Shown: one piece after another, positions 58,551 to 64,000 of the stretch
Layout of the letters: each line of letters opens with the position of its first letter
How positions within the stretch are numbered: the stretch's first letter is position 1
Source: Rhizaria sp. SCN 62-66
Lineage: Eukaryota
Length of the DNA stretch: 64,000 bases
Assembly: GCA_001724265.1 (NCBI GenBank)
Contig: MEDY01000107.1
Location: 1-64,000, forward strand
Reading direction: 5' to 3'
The notes under the pieces: model-generated
Databases searched by the model: none
What the model was told of the DNA's origin: nothing
The model's input: the letters and a program-made list of their open reading frames with translations, nothing else
Position numbers and translations under genes: made by a program

Positions 58551-61500
58551 ATGTCAACGCCTATTTCCTCCCGCGCGCCCGCGTCCGTGACCGGCGCGTG
58601 GTCTTCTCAGCCGTCTGTGCCGACGTTTTCCGCACTCGACGACGCTGCGACATGTCCCACCTCTCTCGCCTCGCGCCCGCTCGTCACACACGCCGTCCTA
58701 GCGGAGTTTGACGTCGACGCGGGCGCCATCGTGCGCGCACAGGTTCCCGAACCAGTCCCCGGCCTTTCGCCGGCCATGCTCGCTGACCAGATGCTGCCCG
58801 ACGGCACGCACGCGCGCGTCTCGGACTGGAGCGTTTTGCGTCTCGCCCGCGACCCGCCGCCCGCTCCAGGGCTCCCGCGCGCGCGCCGGCTCCCGCATCC
58901 GCGCTGCCCGGCCGCCTTTGCGCCCTACTTTTCCGCGACGCCGCCCGCTGGCCCCGCACACGCGTACTGGTCGATCACGCGCTCCCCATCGCTCAACGAC
59001 GATCCACGCTCACCTCTGCTCTGCCTCACGCTCGTCCACACCCGCAAGGACCCTGCGGCCCGCCGCGGCGCCGTCTGCCGCGCGCTCGCGCTTGTGTGCC
59101 GCCACCGCTGGCACTGGGCCTTGCGCGCTGTGCTCTCGGCCGCGTTGCCGCTCGTCTTCGACCTCCCAGACTCAGCGCTTGCACCCGCGCTGCAGGCGCT
59201 GTTGGACGACGTCAACGCCGCATTCCTCACGCACTACTTCGCGCTGCTGCAGGAGCGCGAGCGCGCGCTGCGGGCGGCCCCCGCACTGGGCCGCGCACAC
59301 ACGCACACCGCGGCCTGGCTCGGCGCCGTTGCCGCGCACGGCGGCGCGCTCTCGGGCCTCGGCGCCGCCACGGCCGACGCGCCCGCCGGCGCCGGCGCGC
59401 TGCCAGACGCCACCCAGGGCCCGCTCGCCGGCTGCGCGCGCGGAAGCACGTTCGCCGTCTTCTTCCCGCGCCTCGCCGCGCTTATCGGCGCCGCTTCGCT
59501 GACGCCCGTGCCCGTGACAGTGCCGTGGCTGCTCGCGCCAGACGCTGTGCTCGAGGCATCGGCGTACTTCCTGCTCACACTCGTGACGCCCGCGGCCGCG
59601 CTCGCCGCCGTGGCCGCCGCGGCGGCGCAGCGGCGCGTTGTCGTGCTCGGCTTTCAGCGACCTGCGCACGAAGTGGCGCGCGCCGTCGCTGCGGTCACGG
59701 CGCTGGCAGGACTCGGCCCCGCGCGGCTGGAGCTTGTCTTCGCCGCCGCGGCCGCGGGGACCGACTCTGCCCACGTGCACGCGCTCGCCACCGAGGGCTG
59801 CGGAGGCCCGGACGACGCGCTTGAGGCGACTGCGCGCGCGGCCGAGCCCTTCGCGGTGCCCGGCCCTTCGCTTCTGCACCGCACATACCCGTATACGTCG
59901 CTTACAGACCTCTCGTTCCTGCGCGGCCAGCTCCGCCGCGCGCCCGCTGCGCCGCACGGCGCGGTGTTTCTTCCTGCGCTGCGCGAAGGCTTTGTGGCCG
60001 GCGCGACGAACCCGCTGTTTGAGTCGCGCCCGCAGTGGTGGGACGTGCTGCTCGACCTCACCACGGGCACCGCGCGCGACTCGGCGCTGCTCCGCGTGCC
60101 CGCCTCGGGCGCCAATGGGCTTCCGCCGATCGCCGGCCCCGGCGGCAGCGTGCACAGCGCGATCAAGGGCGACGTTGCCGTGGTGCCCGATCCGCCCGCG
60201 CCGGACCACAACGATAGCGATTACTGGTACTTCGCGGCCCTCGCACGGGATGCCCTCGCCGCCGCCGCAGGGCCCTTAGGCGCTGCTGCTGCGTCGGGGC
60301 AGTACCGCAGCGCGCGCAGCAGCAACGCCGACGCGCTTACCACAGATGCTGCCGCCGCGAACGACGACGATGGCTACAACGGCGGCGGCGATGATGACGA
60401 TGCTGAGGCCGAAGACGCCGCCGCGCGCGCCGGAGGCTACGGCATGCGCGTGCTGCCCGGCGCCGCTTCCCCGCTGATCCCGCTGCCACCAGTCGCCGGC
60501 GCCGCCTCCACACCGCTGCCTGACCCCGCTGCCGGCCTCCTGCGCCGCTCCCTGGCTTCCGCACAGGCCGCGCACGCCGCCGCGCTCGCGCCGCCGCCGC
60601 CGCCGTCCGCGCCCGGCGTACCCGCATCCCCGACACTCGCGGTCCCGGCCGTGCACCCGGTCCCCGCACTCGCCGCGGGCGCCGTCGCCGCCACCGCTGC
60701 GGCCGTCTGCGCGCCGCTGCTCACCGCGCCCGGCGGCCACGTCCGCGTTGCCGTTGCGTTGCCCGAGGCCGACACGGTCTCCGTCCCACTCGCGCCACGC
60801 GGACAGGGCGCGCTCGACGGCTCTCTTGCGCACGGGCACGTCGCCGCCGCCGCCCTCGATGTGCCGGTCGCTGTTACAGTCCCGCTCGGCGCCGCCGCAG
60901 CTGACGCCGACGCGCCCGCTGCGCTGCTGCCGCTGGAGCTGACGCGGCTCGCGCATTACCCGCGTCTTCCGCGCGCGCTGCTGGGCGCCCCTACGGCGAC
61001 GCACGCGCCCGCCAACGCCACTACGGGCGCGAACGCGAGCGCGAGCGCGACTGCGGCTGCGGCCGCGTCTGTGGATGCCAGCGCGAGCAACGCCGCGGCA
61101 GCGTCGGCGATTCCGCGGAGCGCACCGCCGCGTCTTTCTGTTTCTGGCGAGGGGTAGCCGCAGCTCCAGATGGGCTCCGCGAGAGGCGAGCTCGAGCTCG
61201 AGCTTGACCTTGAGTCGTCCACGGACAACGCCGCGGATGGCGCTGCCGCTGCCTCGGCGCCCGAGTCGGCACCGCCGGCGCAGGCGGCAACTGTCGGCGG
61301 CGGTGGCGCAGACGCGGCGACGTTGCTGCCGATGCTGTCTACCGCGCTGACTACGGTCGCGGGTGCTGCGCGTGACGCCGCCGCGGGCGCGCGCACTGAG
61401 TTGGCCGACGCCGCGCTGTCCGCCACTGGCGCTGCGCTGACTGCGTTCTCTCAGCTCTCGCAACAGGCGCAGCAGGCGCTTGGCGACACGCTCGGCTACC

Positions 61501-63482
61501 CGCGCGCGCCTGCCGCGCTGCCGCACGACAGCGCCGACAACAGCAGTTTCAACTCAGTCACGGACCCGACTGCCGCGACAGTCGCCGACGTGGCGACCGC
61601 GGCCGCTGGCACGACGCAGCGCGCTGTGCTGTACAGTTTTACGGCTGCAGCGCTGCCCGCCGCGCTGGGCGTTGCCGACACGGCCGTGGTGCCGTCTCAG
61701 GCGTCCGTGGGCTGGACCGCGCCCGCCAAGGCGCACGAATCCCTGCGCGAGCGCATCGCCGCCGACCTAGCCACCGCGGCGCAGGCCGAGGGCTGGAAGG
61801 TCGCCGGCGACCGGCTGGTGTACCGCGGCTCAGCGCTGGCGCTATCCTTTGCACGCACGCGCGGGCTCGCTCTGGCGGCCGCTGCGGCGGGTCGCCAGGT
61901 CCCCGCGACGGCGGTCGACCCCACCTCCGCGCTGGCCGCCGCGATGACTGCGCCCGGCTCCGCGCTGGCGAGCTACGCCCCGCGCGGCGCCGCTGGCACC
62001 GAGTCCGCTCTGCCGCTGCCCGCCGGTGCAGCGCAGCGCGCGGCCGTTGGCGGATACCAGCGGCGGCGCGAGGCGCGCGTGGCGTTTGTGTTTGCCGAGC
62101 TCTTCTCCGCGCTGCTGCGGTCGGCGCTGTGGGCGCGCTGGTGGGGCGACGAGGCCTCGCGCCGCGCCGCCGCCACTGGGCTCGGCCGCGACCTCCACGC
62201 GATGCTCAACTCCCGCGCGTCCGCTGTGCTGCGTCTGTCAACCGCGGAGACGAACGCTGCGACCGCGGGCGCGCTGCGGCGTTGGCTGCGCGCTCACGGG
62301 CTGCCGTTGGGCTCCGCGGCGGCGGCGCTGCGGTTGGTGCAGGCCCGCGGCGGCAGCGCGCTGGACGTCTTCTGCGCCGCGACCAACACCGCGCCCCCCG
62401 GGCTCTGGGAGCCTTCCGCGGCGCCCGCGCGCTGGGGCGACCCGTGGCACGAGGCCGAGTGCGTGCCGCGCGCTGCCGCGGCCGCGACGGCGGGCGCCAC
62501 GACGGTCTGGTGCGAGTGTCCGCCGCTGCGTCTACCTCTGGCCGTGCGCGGCGGCGTCGCAGTGCCGCCCGCGCCGACTGTCGCGGCTGCCACCGAGGCT
62601 GCCGCGGCGCCGTACTATCTGCGCGTGCCCGCAGGGCTGGCCGCGCCGTCTCTGTCGGCCGCAGCGCCGCCGACGACGGGCACGATCGGCGGCGGCAGTG
62701 CGCTGCTCGACGTTTCACTCGACGGCGCTCTCGCGGCCGCGCCAGTGATTGCTGGTGCCGGCGCGACGTTATCGACGGCGGCATCGGGCGTGGAGGCGCC
62801 TAATGGCAATGCGCTGCGCTACCTGCTGCCGTGCCCGCGCCCGCCCAACTGCGCTCACAACGGCGGGCTCGTTCAAGACAGTAACGGCTCCGACAGCCAC
62901 CACGCGATCGCTAACATCGGCAACGACAGCGGCGACGCGAGCGCTCTGCGCCTTGCCGTGCCGCTTCCGCCCGCGCCCCCCGCGGTTGCTGGCGCCGCCG
63001 CGGCGCTGCTGCCCGTGGTCACGCAGCGCGGCGCGCCCCGCATCTGGCACCGGCTGTGGTCGCGCGCCACCGCAGTCCGCTCGCAGGCTCTGCATGGACC
63101 GCGCGCGGCGGCGCTGGCGGCGCAGCTCACACAGCTGCTGCTCACCGGCGACTGCGGCTGCGCGGGCTGCGGATACGCTCCCGCTGAGAGTGGCGCTGAC
63201 AGCGAGTTTGACGTGCGTGAGCGCGTGCTGGCTCTGCTGGGGTGCTTCCCTGCGCTGGGCGGGGGACTCACGCCTCTGCTCGCGCTCGCTCTGCACCCAC
63301 AGGCGCTGCCTCACGTCGCGAAGCTTGCTGCGGTTGTTACCACGCAGGTCGAGGGACGGGTTGTGCTGCGTGCGGCCAATTTGGCTGTCAAGCGCGCGAT
63401 GTCGGCCGCGATGATGCGCAATGACGGCTGCACCCTGCTCTCGGCCGAAGAGACAAACACGGTTTACGCGGCGCTTCTGTAA
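58551..63482 (+). CDS. AFI1: AFI1/MesA-like DENN-related protein (Afi1 N-terminal and SPA domains), ~1,643 aa, with one in-frame TAG (61155)
   Basis: Motifs VLAEFDVDAG, LADQMLPDGTHARVSDWSV, LVHTRKDPAARRGAVCRALA, RTYPYTSL and GFVAGATNPLFESRPQWWDVLLDLTTG. A C-terminal GGLTPLLALALHP motif lies downstream of the TAG. ORFs 58452-61157 and 61170-63482 share a frame. Stop is TAA. Confidence 0.85.
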
Positions 63483-63956
63483 GAGACACCGGGAAAATAA
63501 TATATATTCTACGTAGTAATAATTTTATTAGTGCCAAATTCAGTGTTATATAATACATAAATCTTCATTAACCCCATGGTACTCGTGATATTGCGTGTTT
63601 TCGGGGTCTCTGCTCGTGCTAACGCGCTGCTGCGGGCTTCGCTGTTCCCGCCCTTCAGAGAGTCTTTGATATGGGTCATATATCCGTCATCATCGCCATA
63701 TAATTGCACGGCTTAGATTAATAATTGGTTTTGTAAGTGAACACTATTTAATTTTTGCATAGACGCTCATTGGCCATCCCACACATCATCCCCCACTTTC
63801 ACCGCGCCTTCATACCATCCTTGCCCACAGGTCAAAGAAGAGCTCTCGAGCTCGCAACATCCTGCGTTTAGCGACAGAACCGACACGCACAGTATTGTAC
63901 ACACATCTTACCTGATATAACACCGGCTGCGCGGTCGCAGACAGAATATCTCCCGC

Positions 63957-64000
63957 ATGTCGATTAGTCTTGTTGAGGCCCTCACGGTCCTCAACTTCAC
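63957..64000 (+). CDS. Possible start of the next gene (MSISLVEALTVLNF...), perhaps preceded by a 5' UTR intron at 63733-63830
   Basis: ATG with an open frame to the window edge; upstream is a 98-nt GTAAGT...pyrimidine-rich...CCCACAG segment. Too short to identify. Confidence 0.3.
   Translation, partial: MSISLVEALTVLNF

Noticed and set aside
31114-61157. Pyrrolysine or signal-dependent readthrough at UAG
   Set aside because: Pyrrolysine is not known in eukaryotes and no pyl genes are present. The downstream contexts share no motif such as CARYYA.
840-63424. Hundreds of overlapping antisense or alternate-frame ORFs rich in Arg/Ala/Pro
   Set aside because: These are expected shadows of very GC-rich coding DNA with few stops, and they have no recognisable motifs.
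63509-63709. Minus-strand 66-aa ORF after the AFI1-like gene
   Set aside because: It has a non-ATG start, ends in TAG within AT-rich DNA and has no recognisable motif.

Overview
Gene-dense, intron-poor, GC-rich eukaryotic (protist-type) nuclear DNA with about 13 protein genes. These are the 3' end of a calmodulin(-like) gene, a DHHC palmitoyltransferase, a giant (~5,275 aa) multi-transmembrane DEK1-type calpain that appears to lack its catalytic triad, a CDK with a long polyQ/Ser tail, an EDR2-C/DUF1336 protein, a ~2,270 aa coiled-coil protein, a ~2,785 aa repeat-rich cell-surface protein, ELMOD, a Tvp15/COPI-associated protein, AP-3 delta, TFIIH p8 (TFB5), an unknown helical protein and an AFI1/MesA DENN-like protein. 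Main discovery: the organism appears to use a variant nuclear genetic code in which UAG alone is a sense codon. Seven in-frame TAG codons interrupt four otherwise continuous genes (31114, 36709, 40325, 55816, 56821, 57100, 61155), I found no in-frame TAA/TGA interrupting an exon, and all 13 gene ends are TAA (10) or TGA (3). Gln is my best guess for the amino acid, but this is inference. Four spliceosomal introns (96-141 nt) start GTRCGY. I recognised no tRNA, rRNA, CRISPR or transposon. The organism cannot be identified from this window.
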